Shown here in pieces: positions 20,153-30,359 of a stretch of DNA of 33,455 nt. The notes under the pieces were generated by a model. It did no database searches and had not been told where the DNA came from. It saw only the letters and a program-made list of their open reading frames with translations. How positions within the stretch are numbered: position 1 is the stretch's first letter; every line of letters starts with the position of its first letter. A program made the position numbers and the translations under genes. The DNA comes from an uncultured Actinomycetes bacterium (GTDB lineage Bacteria > Actinomycetota > UBA4738 > HRBIN12), in assembly GCA_963704885.1 (NCBI GenBank), contig CAVPIB010000015.1:1-33455 (forward strand). The letters run 5' to 3'.

Positions 20153-21571
20153 ATGGAGGGGCCGGCGCCAAGCGCGCCCGCTCGGTCGAGTGCCCTCGAT
20201 CTAGCCTCCGCAACGCCCGCTACGCGGAACCGCTACGTCGACCTGATCCGTGTCGTCTCGATCGGGGTCGTCGTTCTGGGTCATTGGACGATGGCCGTCC
20301 TGGGTTACTCCGACGGCTCGTTTACAGGTAAGAACCTCCTGGAGATCGCACCCGGGTTGCAGATCCTCACCTGGATCTTCCAGGTGATGCCGCTCTTCTT
20401 CATAGTGGGAGGCTTCTCGAACGCGGCCTCGTGGGTATCGGCATCATCTCGCGGCGAGTCGTACGGTGACTGGCTTCGCGCCCGGTCGACCCGGTTGCTC
20501 AGGCCTTCGCTCTGGTTCGTTGGCTTCTGGACGTTGTTCCCGGTGGCCGCCGTCGCGTCAGGGCTGCTGTCGTCAGGCGTCGCCAGGGTCGGAGGGGGCG
20601 AGGTGGCTCTCCCGACGTGGTTCCTCGGCGTGTACCTGCTCGCGATCCCCGCGGTGCCCCCGCTGCTGGCTGCGCACCGCAGGTTCGGGGCTCGCGTCCT
20701 GATCCCGCTCGCAGGGGGAGCGCTCCTGGTCGACTCGCTTCGGTTCGGGCTCGACGTGACCGCTCTGGGGGTGGCGAACTTCGCGTTCGTATGGCTCGCG
20801 ATGCTCGAGCTCGGGTTCCTGTGGAAGGACGGGGTCCTGCGTCGACCCCCATGGCTCCCGTGGGCCATGGCCGGGGGCGGGCTCGCTTCGCTCGGGTTGC
20901 TGGTCGGTTTCTTCGATTACCCGGTGCGATCATCGGGCTCACACACGGCATCCGGTCGAACACGCTTCCACCGTCTTCGGCCCTGCTCGCGCTCGGCGTG
21001 TGGCAGTGCGGCGCGATGTTGCTCTTCGAGCACGCGGCCAACCGATGGCTAGCGAAGCACGTCCCGTGGGCGGCGGTGATCGTCGCGAACTCCATGGTGA
21101 TGACCTTCTACCTGTGGAACATGACCGCGGTCGTCCTGGCTGCGGTCATCTTGTTCCCGACGGGGCTGGCACCGCAGCCGAACCAACTCAGCACGCCATG
21201 GTGGTGGCTGCGTCCGGCATGGATCGTCGCCTGCGCGATCTGCCTGGTGCCGTTCCTGCTGGCGTTCCGGTGGGCTGAGCGACCGGTTGCGGCAAGGGGC
21301 GATATCCCAGTGGTGCCGCGGGTGTGGCGCTCGCCCTGGTGGGAACGGCGGCGGCCGCCGCAGGGTTCACGATCCTGACGACCCAGGCCTTCCCGGTACC
21401 CGGCGAGGTCGTGTTGATGCCATCGATCGGCGTCGCCTGCGTCGTGCTGGGCGCCGTGCTGCTGAAGGTGGATCCGATCGCCCCTCTACGCGCGGAGCGA
21501 CGAGCGAGTCACTCCGGCGGCGCCTCTTCCTCCGTCTCTTGATCAGGGGCGCCGGCGAGCTTGGCCTCTAG
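20153..21571 (+). CDS. Acyltransferase 3 family membrane protein, frameshifted (3' end approximate)
   Basis: RNRYVDLIRVVSIGVVVLGHW, TWIFQVMPLFFIVGGF, WFLGVY, SNTLPPS and MTFYLWNM. Confidence 0.85.
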
Positions 21572-21787
21572 GGCCTGGATCTCCTCGACGAGTTGGTCCG
21601 CTTCGGCGCCCGCGGGATCGCCTCCGCTCCGCTCTCTGACGATCAGATATCCGAGCTTCTCGGCGAGGCCGTCCGCCTTCTTGCGGGTCTGCGAGTGCTC
21701 GACCTTGCCTTGAACCTGTGCCGTTCCCTTCTTAGCTTCCTCAGCGACCTTGCCGGCCGCTGCCTTCGCCTTGTCGAGCAGGCCCAT
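21509..21787 (-). CDS. Small hypothetical protein with an MGLLDKAK N-terminus
   Basis: AAGGGAG RBS-like sequence upstream. MGLLDKAKAAAGKVAEEAKKG... is an amphipathic, coiled-coil-like 92-aa protein of a type common in actinobacteria. Confidence 0.7.
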   Translation of the reverse strand: MGLLDKAKAAAGKVAEEAKKGTAQVQGKVEHSQTRKKADGLAEKLGYLIVRERSGGDPAGAEADQLVEEIQALEAKLAGAPDQETEEEAPPE

Positions 21788-21830
21788 AGATCCATCTCCC
21801 TTCGGTCGAAACCCTACGTGCTCCGGTCTT

Positions 21831-22365
21831 CTAGAGGTATCGAGCGGTCGACATCGCCAGGACGGCGAGGAGGAGCAGACCAAGGCTCAGCCGGGCCGAA
21901 CTTCTCGAGACGGTCCTGGATCGCTCCGATCTCGGCGGCAACCTCGGGCGACGGCGGGCCGCCCGACTCCGCGACCTGACGTCCGAGGCCCAGGAGCCGC
22001 ATCACGTTCGGGCGGGTGCCGAAGGCGCCGATCGCAAGTGCTGTGATCGAGGCGATCATGCCCACCGTCATGGTCGCTCCGAACGACGAGGTGACCCAGT
22101 CGACCAAGGTCCCGTTCAGGTGCCAGTCGCGCCAGTAGAGGAACAGGCCGCCCACCACTGAGGTGAGTCCGAGGGCGATGATCCGGTCGACCAGGCGCCG
22201 TTTGCCCAGCAGCTCCGCCATGAAGGGAGCCCCGGCGGGCGCTATGGCGGCCACGCTGGGCTGAACGTAGACCACTAACAGGAAGACCGATCCGACCCAA
22301 AGGACTCCGGCCAGGATGTGCACGATCCTGAACACGACCATGTACGGGGCGATCGCGAGCGTCAC
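21831..22365 (-). CDS. Hypothetical four-helix membrane protein (frameshift near 21890)
   Basis: FRIVHILAGVLWVG N-terminal helix with further TM segments. It ends LLLLAVLAMSTARYL* at 21831 in the shifted frame. Confidence 0.7.
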
Positions 22366-22421
22366 GTACTCACTCCGGCCGGAATCCTTCTCACTTCGGC
22401 GCTATCCGTCGATGGCGCGTG

Positions 22422-22705
22422 CTACTTCGCCATGATCTTGCGGACCTCGTCCCCTTCGAAGGCGCGCATCGTCTGCGAGCGTACGTTCCCCAGGGACGAG
22501 ACCTTGGCCAGGAACTCGACGGCGGTCTCGTCGTTGGCGAACTCGGTGATCGCCACCAGATCGCACTGACCCATCGTCCAGTAGACCTGGAGCGGCGCCC
22601 CATATCGGCGGCGAGCTTCTGCGCGGCCTCCGCACGATCAACGGACTGGGCGGCGCTCTTGGCCCCCTCGTCGGTCCAGTTCAGCAGGCTGACGTACTTC
22701 GACAT
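22422..22705 (-). CDS. GYD domain-containing protein (frameshift near 22600)
   Basis: MSKYVSLLNWTDEG...DRAEAA, then VYWTMGQCDLV...GNVRSQTMRAF. GGGAGG RBS. Confidence 0.85.
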
Positions 22706-22776
22706 GCCGACCTCCCTTCCTCGGTCGAACCCATCCTAGGACAGTCGGCGAACGCGTGCCCAGGGGCGACCGGCCC

Positions 22777-23195
22777 CTAACCGCCCAGCATCCTGAACGG
22801 CTCTGGTGTGTACTCGCCGAGTACGCGGACCCACTCCTGGCTGAGCAGGTCCCGGATCACCGGATCGTCCTTCGATAGCCAGGACAGGTGTCGCAGGCCA
22901 TGCTCGATCACCTGGATCACGTCTATCCGCGCGGGCGCGCCGTGCGCGCTTCCACGTGCCAGCTCTGCACGCTCGACGTCGTCCTCGGTCCAACCGACCG
23001 CGGTCTCCGGCACGACCGCCAGATAGGTGAGCACGACGCGGTCGCCCTCGGTTCGCCACGATGTTGAGTGAACGGCGATCGGCTCGAGCCCGCGGGACGC
23101 GAGCTGCGCCAGACCACATCGCCCGGCTGCCCGTCCGCGGTGCTCGCCACGCGAAGCGGGTGATCCTGGCGGGCCGCTCGCGACCAGTGGACGCA
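22777..23195 (-). CDS. Conserved hypothetical protein, C-terminal part only, joined to the cyclase gene
   Basis: VHSTSWR...VVLTYLAVV...RAELARGSAHGAP...QVIEHGLRHLSWLSKDDP...YTPEPFR reads like a real globular protein. No start codon or RBS of its own is visible. Confidence 0.55.
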
Positions 23196-25880
23196 GTGCG
23201 CGGACATGGCGAACCCCTCGTCGCGTCGGTTGCCCAGCTCGCGACAACCCCCGATGGACTCGTCGAAGGCGGCCAGGGCCGCGTGCAGCTCCCCGCGGAG
23301 CCAGTGGGCCCAAGCCACCATGTAGAGGTTGTGGAACACCATCGGCCGCTGGCCCAGCGTCCGGAACGCGCGGTCGGCCTCCAGCCCGTCGGCGAGCAAG
23401 AGCGAGAGAGAACGGCCCCAGGAAGAACCGCGTCTCGCACAACCCGTGCAGCGACATGGCCTCGCCGAGCGCGTCCGTGCTCGCGCGCGACGCGGATCGC
23501 CTCCTGATGATGGGCGAGCGCCTCGTCGAAGTGCGCGCGACCGAACGCGAGCGTCCCCGCCGTGTAGAGAAGGTGCGCGACCAGATCGTTGGCGCCGGCG
23601 GCGCGCGCGTGCTCGAGGGCGTGAGCCACACGCCCTCGCCTTCGTCGTAGCGGTCAGTTCCAGCCACAGCACGTGCGAGAGCGCCGCGAGCGCCCGCGCC
23701 TCGTCGGCCGGCGACCAGGGCGCGACCGGCTGCATCGCGCGCGGCCTCGTAGTCGGCCTGCGCCTCCTCAACCGACCCAGTTGTTCCCGAACCTCGCCCC
23801 GGGACAGCAGCAGGCGCGCCAGCGAATCGTCGGCTCCGACCTGCGATGCGAGCGGGACCGCTCGGTCGTATCGGTCGATCGCCAGCTCTGCGGCGAACGT
23901 CTTGCGCGCTCGGTCGCCGGCGCGCGTGAGCGCCGCCAGCAGCGGCTCCCGCAGCGACGCTTCATCGTCGGTCCGCCCGAGCTCCACGGCCAGGTCGGCC
24001 GCGAGCACCAGGTGCTGGGCGGTCGCGTCGGCCAGAAGCTCGCCGCCCGCGTGTTCGTTCAGCCACTCGGCCACAGCTCGATGCTTGGACATCCGGACGG
24101 CTCGCGGGATGCTCGTGTAGGCGACGTCCCGCACCATGACGTGCCAGAACGCAAGCTCCCTCTCGTTCGCCATCGTCGAGGGCGTCGAGGGTCGCACCAG
24201 CTCCCTGCGGATCAGGTCGTCGACGATCGAACCGACCTGCGTTGCATCTCGATCCGTGAGCGCCGCGAGTACCCCCGGCCAGAACGCACGACCGACCACC
24301 GCGGCGTCCTGGACGAGCGACTTCACATCCGGTGACAGGGTGTCGAGTCGCGCGGCGACCAACGCCTGAACGGTCGCCGGCACCGCTGTAGGATTCGCGG
24401 CGCTCTCGCCCTCGCGAACCGACGCGGCCAGTTGCTCGGCGTAGAGCGGGCTGCCTCCCGCCCGTTCGAGGACGGCCGCGGTCATCTCGGGAGAGGCATC
24501 CGGCAGCACGGTCGAGACGAGCGCGGCGACATCCCGGTCGGCCAGCGGCGGCAGGGACAGGACCGTGGAGCGGCGCCCGCGCGCGAACCACGATGGGTGT
24601 CGGTCCTCGACCGTGGGTCTGGCCGTCACGATCACCAGGAGCGGGAGCCCCGCGGTCCGATCGGCGACGTCGGCCAGGAACCCAACGAGAGCGTCGTCGG
24701 CCCAGTGCAGGTCCTCGATCACCACGACCGCTGGACCGTCCGCGGCGAGCGACTCCAGGAAGGTCCGCCATGCGGAGAACGTCTCCGCGCGCATCCATGG
24801 CCGCCTCCGCGTCCAGACCGACCAGCGTCGCCAACCGCTCCTGCACCCACGGACGCCTGCCGGGCTCCACGCCGATCAACGCCTCCCGCAACTTGGCCTC
24901 CACCACTTCCGGCGCATCGGTGTCCAAGATCCCTCCATGCGCCTTCACGATCTGGGCGAGGGCCGCGAAACTGCCGCCGTCGCCGAACGGGAGGCAGCGA
25001 CCCTGACGCCAGACGGGGCCCGACGCACCCTCGGCGGTGGCACGACCAAGCTCGCGGACCAACCGCGACTTGCCCGTCCCCGCGTCGGCCACGATCGTGA
25101 CGAAGCTGGTGGACGGGTACCTCCGCCGCCCGTCGGTAGAGCTGGTTCAACAAGCCGAGCTCAAGGTCCCGTCCGACCAGCGGACCGGCGTCCGATACGT
25201 CCCCGCCAAGTGGGGACGCTCGCTCTCCGATCACCCGCCAGATCGGCACCGGGGCGGCCTTTCCCTTGACCGCCACGGGTTCCAAGGCCTCAAGCTCGAA
25301 GTCGCCGCGCGCGGCCCCGAACGTGGCCTCCCCGACGATCGATCCCCATCTCGGGCGCAACACCCTGCAGCCGCGAGGCGGTGTTCACCGCGTCGCCGGT
25401 GACGTAGCCCTCGCCGGCCTCGGGCCGCGCGTCCATGGCCACCAGAACCTCGCCGGTGTTGATGCCGATCCGCACCCGCAGGCCGTCGCCGGCCGTCCCG
25501 AGAGAACGCATTATCGACAGGCCCGCTCGGATCGCTCGCTGCGGATCATCCTCGTGCGCGATCGGCGCACCGAACACGGCCATCACGGCGTCCCCCACGA
25601 ACTTCTCGACGGTGCCGCCCAGCCGCTCGATCTCTCGGCGCAGTAGCCCGTGATAGGGCTTCAGCAGCGATCGGACATCCTCAGGATCGGCCCCCTCGCT
25701 CGATGCGGTGAACCCGACCAGATCGCAGAACAAGATCGTGACGACCTTGCGCTCGTCACCACGCGTCACCGGCTCCGTATCGGCCAGCCTCGAGCCGCAG
25801 CTGCCGCAGAAACGGTTCCCGTCAGGGTTGGGTGCGCCGCACGAAGGGCATTCGTCGGCCGAATGTGGTCGATCCGTCAC
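23196..25880 (-). CDS. Zinc-ribbon + class III adenylate/guanylate cyclase + AAA/STAND ATPase + TPR protein; frameshifted, C-terminus truncated or fused
   Basis: CPSCG...FCGSCG, ILFCDLVGFT, EKFVGDAVMA, RIGINTGE, GDAVNTASRLQ, Walker A DAGTGKS, Walker B VIEDLHWAD, GGSPLYAE, ARLD.L and TPR-like helices. TAGGCT -10 lies 7 nt before GTG 25880. Confidence 0.88.
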
Positions 25881-25938
25881 GTTCGGGAGCCTAGCGACCG
25901 GGGGAGTGGAGCGTGAAGGGCTCAGCTCTGGCCGGGGA

Positions 25939-26517
25939 TCACTCCACCGTGGCAAGGGCCTCGATCTGGGCGACCGTGCGGTCCAGCTCGTCGACCAGGC
26001 GGGATCCGAAACCGTCAAGCGAACGATAGATGCCGACGAGGGTCCGGTAGTACCAGAGCGTGCCGTCCCTGCCGCCGGTGAACCGCTCGAACACCCCGAC
26101 GCCTCCTGTGCGGAGATCCGTCGGGATCGAACGAGCGTTGTGGACCTTGTCCGCCACCGAGACCAGGAGCGCGTCGGGCGGCGCGCTCGGCAGGTGCGCC
26201 AGGTAGGACTCCTTGCGTTGTCGCCACGGCGGCTTGGGCTCCTGAGTCGTGTCGGTGCATGCCTCTACGATGTCGGCGACTTCTTGCCCGAAGCGCGCGC
26301 GGATCTCCTCGAGCCGCGGAAGGCCGCCCTGGTCCTCGACCGCGTCGTGCAGGAGCGCGGCGATGGCCTGAGTCTGGGTTCCGCCCTCCTCGATCACCAG
26401 CGACGCGACACCCAGCAGGTGCGAGACGTAGGGAACTTCGCTCGCCTTCCGCCGCTGTGCTCGGTGGATGTCGGATGCGTAGGCCAGCGCATCGTCGAAG
26501 TCCGGTCCAAGCTCCAC
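25939..26517 (-). CDS. HD domain protein, small alarmone ((p)ppGpp) hydrolase / Mesh1-like
   Basis: H..Q.RK...PYVSH, AALLHDAVED and VADKVHNARS are RelA/SpoT hydrolase motifs. No synthetase domain. Confidence 0.88.
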   Translation of the reverse strand: MELGPDFDDALAYASDIHRAQRRKASEVPYVSHLLGVASLVIEEGGTQTQAIAALLHDAVEDQGGLPRLEEIRARFGQEVADIVEACTDTTQEPKPPWRQRKESYLAHLPSAPPDALLVSVADKVHNARSIPTDLRTGGVGVFERFTGGRDGTLWYYRTLVGIYRSLDGFGSRLVDELDRTVAQIEALATVE

Positions 26518-26539
26518 GGCCGCAGACTATCCTTTCGCC
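26518..26539. promoter_or_regulatory. Overlapping bidirectional -10 elements for two leaderless genes
   Basis: AGACTATCCT at 26524-26533 gives TATCCT (+) 6 nt before ATG 26540 and TAGTCT (-) 6 nt before GTG 26517. Neither gene has an RBS. Confidence 0.65.
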
Positions 26540-27679
26540 ATGTCGACGTCGGTGCTCGTCCTCGGTGCCGGCTTCGGCGGACTCGAGCTGTCGACCCGGC
26601 TCTCGGAGGAGCTCGGTGACGAGGTCGACGTCACGCTGATCGACCGGGCCGACGCGTTCGTGTTCGGTTTCTCGAAGCTCGACGTGATGTTCGGCCGGCG
26701 GACGCCCGACGCGGTCCGGCTCCGCTACGAGCGACATCACGACGCCGCAGGTCCGGTTCCGCCAGGAGACCATCACCTCGATCGACCCCGACGCACGGCG
26801 CGTCGTGACCGACCTCGAGACGTACGAGGCCGACGTCCTGGTGGTGGCGCTCGGCGCCGACTACGACCTCGCCGCGACGCCCGGACTGGCCGAGGCCGGC
26901 AACGAGTTCTACTCGGTGCCGGCGCCGAGGGCGTGCGCGACGTGCTCCCCGGGTTCCGGACGGGTACGGCGATCGTCGGCGTGTGCGGCGCGCCGTTCAA
27001 GTGCCCGCCCGCACCGAGCGAGGCGGCGCTCCTGCTGGACGAGTTCCTGCGCGAGCGCGGCGTTCGCGACGACGTGCGGATCCAGGTCGTGATGCCGTTC
27101 GGCACGCCGATCCCGCCGTCGCCCGAGACGTCGGCGGCGGTCCTGGCGCCGTTCGCCGAGCGGGGGATCGAGTTCGTCCCCGACCGGCGGGTCGCCGCGC
27201 TCGACCGCGGTCGCGAAGGAGGCCGTCCTCGACGACGGCAGGCGGCTGCCCTTCGACCTGTTCCTCGGCATCCCGGTGCATCGGGCGCCGCAGGTCGTCG
27301 TCGAGCTCCGGTCTCACGGAGGACGGCTGGATCCCGGTCGACCCGGCGACGCTCGCCACGCGCTTCCCAGGGCGTGTACGCGGTCGGCGACGTCACGAGC
27401 GTGGGCACCCCGAAGGCCGGGGTCTTCGCCGAGGGCGCGGCGCGCGTGGTCGCCGATCAGCTGATCGCGCGGATCCGCGGGGCGAGCCCAGCCGCCCGGC
27501 TACGACGGCACGGGCTCGTGCTACATCGAGTTCGGCGGCCGAGGTCGCGCGCGTCGACGTGGACTTCTTCTCGACCCCCGGCCACCCGACCGGCACGTTC
27601 GTGCCGCCGTCGCGCGGAGACGACCGCCGAGAAGGCCGACTGGGCGTCCAGCCGGCACGCACGCTGGTTCGGCGCCTAG
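26540..27679 (+). CDS. FAD-dependent oxidoreductase, sulfide:quinone oxidoreductase-like; several frameshifts
   Basis: VLVLGAGFGGL, DVLVVALGA, FKCPPAPSE, GWIPVD, VYAVGDV, PKAGVFAE and GSCYIEFG. Confidence 0.82.
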   Translation: MSTSVLVLGAGFGGLELSTRLSEELGDEVDVTLIDRADAFVFGFSKLDVMFGRRTPDAVRLRYERHHDAAGPVPPGDHHLDRPRRTARRDRPRDVRGRRPGGGARRRLRPRRDARTGRGRQRVLLGAGAEGVRDVLPGFRTGTAIVGVCGAPFKCPPAPSEAALLLDEFLRERGVRDDVRIQVVMPFGTPIPPSPETSAAVLAPFAERGIEFVPDRRVAALDRGREGGRPRRRQAAALRPVPRHPGASGAAGRRRAPVSRRTAGSRSTRRRSPRASQGVYAVGDVTSVGTPKAGVFAEGAARVVADQLIARIRGASPAARLRRHGLVLHRVRRPRSRASTWTSSRPPATRPARSCRRRAETTAEKADWASSRHARWFGA

Positions 27680-27686
27680 GCGCTGA

Positions 27687-27962
27687 TCACCTCTTGCGGT
27701 GGGCTCCGTTCGACGCGAACGCGAAGCCCGCCGGCGAATCGTAGGCGCCCACGAGCTGGGGGAGTTCCACGCGGAGCGTTCGTGCATCGGGTCGCGAAGG
27801 GGGAACGACGTCGGCGCCGGCCGGGCGACCCAGCCGCTGGAGCGCCAGTCGCCGCAGCTCTGATTCCACGTCGGCCGCCGCGGGTACCGGGGCCTCCGCC
27901 AGGCGGCCGCGGAGTCCATGGGTGAGACCATCGAGCGGGTTCCTGGCGGTGGATCCAGCCAT
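27687..27962 (-). CDS. Hypothetical protein
   Basis: A strong AAGGAGG RBS precedes ATG 27962 and a 91-aa ORF. No recognisable domain. Confidence 0.45.
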   Translation of the reverse strand: MAGSTARNPLDGLTHGLRGRLAEAPVPAAADVESELRRLALQRLGRPAGADVVPPSRPDARTLRVELPQLVGAYDSPAGFAFASNGAHRKR

Positions 27963-28126
27963 GCGGTCCTCCTTGCTTGAGCCCCCCGCCTGGCGACAAC
28001 TCGACCACGGTAGCGGGTCGGACTCCGTCGCCATAGAGGCTCTCGGTCATTCTTGGCTACGCCCAACGTCGCAGGCCTTCTAGATCGAAGGTCCGTCTTT
28101 CGGCGACGTGGGCGACTCGGGGACCT

Positions 28127-30323
28127 CTAGTCGAGCAGGGCGTCGAAGGCCTCAGACGTGTCGGTCAGCCGCTCGGCGAGCGTCGTCGCGAGCCACCGGT
28201 GCAGCGCCGCTGCGAGCTCGGGCTCGTCGGCCTCCATGCGCTCGATCGAGGCCCGGCTGAGCCGCAGGACCACGCTCGGCGTCTCGGCCACGACGTCGGC
28301 CGTGCGCGGGACCCCCGTGTAGAGCGCGACCTCACCGACCACCACGCCTGGGCGGACGGCGCGCAGGCGCATCCGCGTGCCCTCGGGGGTCACCGTCTCG
28401 ACGCTGAGCCGGCCCGACTCCAGCACGAACACGTCGTCGGGCGGCTCGTCCTGGCGGATCAGCACGGTGCCCTCGGCCAGGGGCACGCGCTCGAGGTACG
28501 TCGAAAGACCCGGCAGCAGTCGGCGACCGCCCGCTCGACGCCGTCCGTTCCTCGAGTCGCTCGCCGGCGCCCTGAGCAGAGCGTCCTCGCACCGCTGCAG
28601 GCCGCGGTCCAGATCGGGCTCGAACGCGACGACCCCTTCGAGGCCACCACGCCGCCCGCGCGGCCAGCTGCGCGCGCACCGATCTCGCAGGCGCCGGCGA
28701 ACACCAGCTCGAACCCGCTGGCCTGGGCCAGGTGCGTCACCTTGACGAAGGACATAACCGCCGAGGCGTCCACGCCGGTCACCCGCCGCAGGTCGATCAC
28801 CAGGAACCGCAGCGCCGCCGCCTCCACCCGTTTGCGGATCCGCTCGAGCAGGCCGCTCGCCGAGCCGAAGAACACGAACCCGTGCACGCGCAGGATCTGG
28901 ACCCGGTCGCCCATCTCGCGCAGGGATGCCCGCTCCGCGGGCGGGCGGTCGACGTTGCTGCGGTAGGTGTCCCCGAACGCGACCTCGCGCACCAGCTCGG
29001 TCCGGCCGTAGCTGACCGCGAACAGCACGACCGCGAGCACCAGGCCGAGCACGACGCCGGGCAGGAACCCGCTCGGCGATGATCGCCACGAGGATCACCA
29101 GGACGACGACGTACTCGAGCCGGGGCAGCAACCGACGCTTGTCCCACACCCACTCGACGATGAAGGCAAGGCCGAGGAACACCAGCACGCCGCCGACGAT
29201 CATCCGCGGGATCAGCTCGACGACCGCGGCGCCGAACACCACCGCGGCCAGCGGGACCAGCGCGGCGACCAGGCCCGCGGTCCGCGCGTTCACGCTCATG
29301 CGCTCGGCGAGCGCCGTCAGGCTGAGCGCGTGGTAGCCGGGGATGCCGCCGAGCGCGCCGGAGAGCACGTTCAGGACCCCGGCGTCGCGCAGCTCCTGGT
29401 TCGTGTCCAGGTCCCGATCCAGCACGACCTCGGTTCCGCTGATGTTGAACAAGATCGCGATCGTGGCCACGAACACCGCGGTGACGATCCCGGCCCACTG
29501 CCCGAGCACCGCCGACCAGTCGGCGCCGGTGAGCGCGCGCAGCGTCCACGGCTGCCACAGCCGTACCGACTCGAACGGCCCGAGCAGCCAGCGGCCCTCC
29601 CGCGCGTCGTCGATCGAGGAGCCCGTGAGCGAGCATGCCAAGCACGAACGGCAGCCAGCCCGCACCGAGCACGATCGGGATGACCAGCGGCTTTTTCACC
29701 AGCCGGACGGCGAGGAGCAGGACCACGCCGAACGCGAGGGCCGGCAGCCAGTGCTTGAGCGTCTCCGAGCCGGCATCAGTCCGATCGTGCGCAGGTGCAC
29801 CTACACGCCGGAGGCGACGTAGATGCCGCCCTTCAAGAGCAGCCATCCGGTGCCGGCCAGGAACCCGCCGACGACCGGGTACGGCACGAACCGGACCAGG
29901 TTGCCGAGCCGGACGGTCCCGAGCGCCAGGAAGACGACACCGCACAGGACCGTCACGACCAGGGTCGCGGCGATGACGGTGAGGAAGACGTCGGGGGCTT
30001 CGTAGTTGCCCGGACCCGGCCTCGGAACCCTCGCGATCGCGCGGCCTTCGCCGCCGTGGTCGCAGCCACGACCGCGAGCACGGCCGCCGCGGCGTCCTGC
30101 ACGCTGCCGACCACTCCCCGGCGCCCGCCCGCCACGCCATGATCGACAGCATCAGGACGGCGGCCACGAGGTACAGGCCGATGCCGTCGGGCAGGCGGCG
30201 CACGAGGAGGCCGCCGAACACGAAGGCCGCGAACGCGACCGCGAGCACCACCTCGACGGCGCCGATGATCACGCCCGCCGCGATCGCGGGGAGCACACCC
30301 TGGGATCGTCGCTCCTCGGACAC
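28127..30323 (-). CDS. SulP/SLC26 family anion transporter with STAS and cNMP-binding domains, copy 2; frameshifted
   Basis: LGNLVRFVPYPVVGGFLAGTG, DLDTNQELR, GGIPGYHALS, YRSNVDRP, STAS GFVFFGS...IDLRRVTGVDASA and cNMP GVVVGEVALY..PRTADV. Confidence 0.88.
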
Positions 30324-30359
30324 GACGGATGCTCCCCCATCGCTCGTCCGCGAACGGCT

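Noticed and set aside
23196-25880. STAND ATPase as an anti-phage Avs or CBASS-like system
   Set aside because: The domain order is the common actinobacterial cyclase-AAA-TPR type, and no nuclease, TIR or other defence genes are nearby.
28005-28035. GGCGACGGAGTCCG on the minus strand resembling the 5' end of a fluoride riboswitch
   Set aside because: The 3' CUGAUGAC pseudoknot partner is absent and no fluoride-related gene follows.
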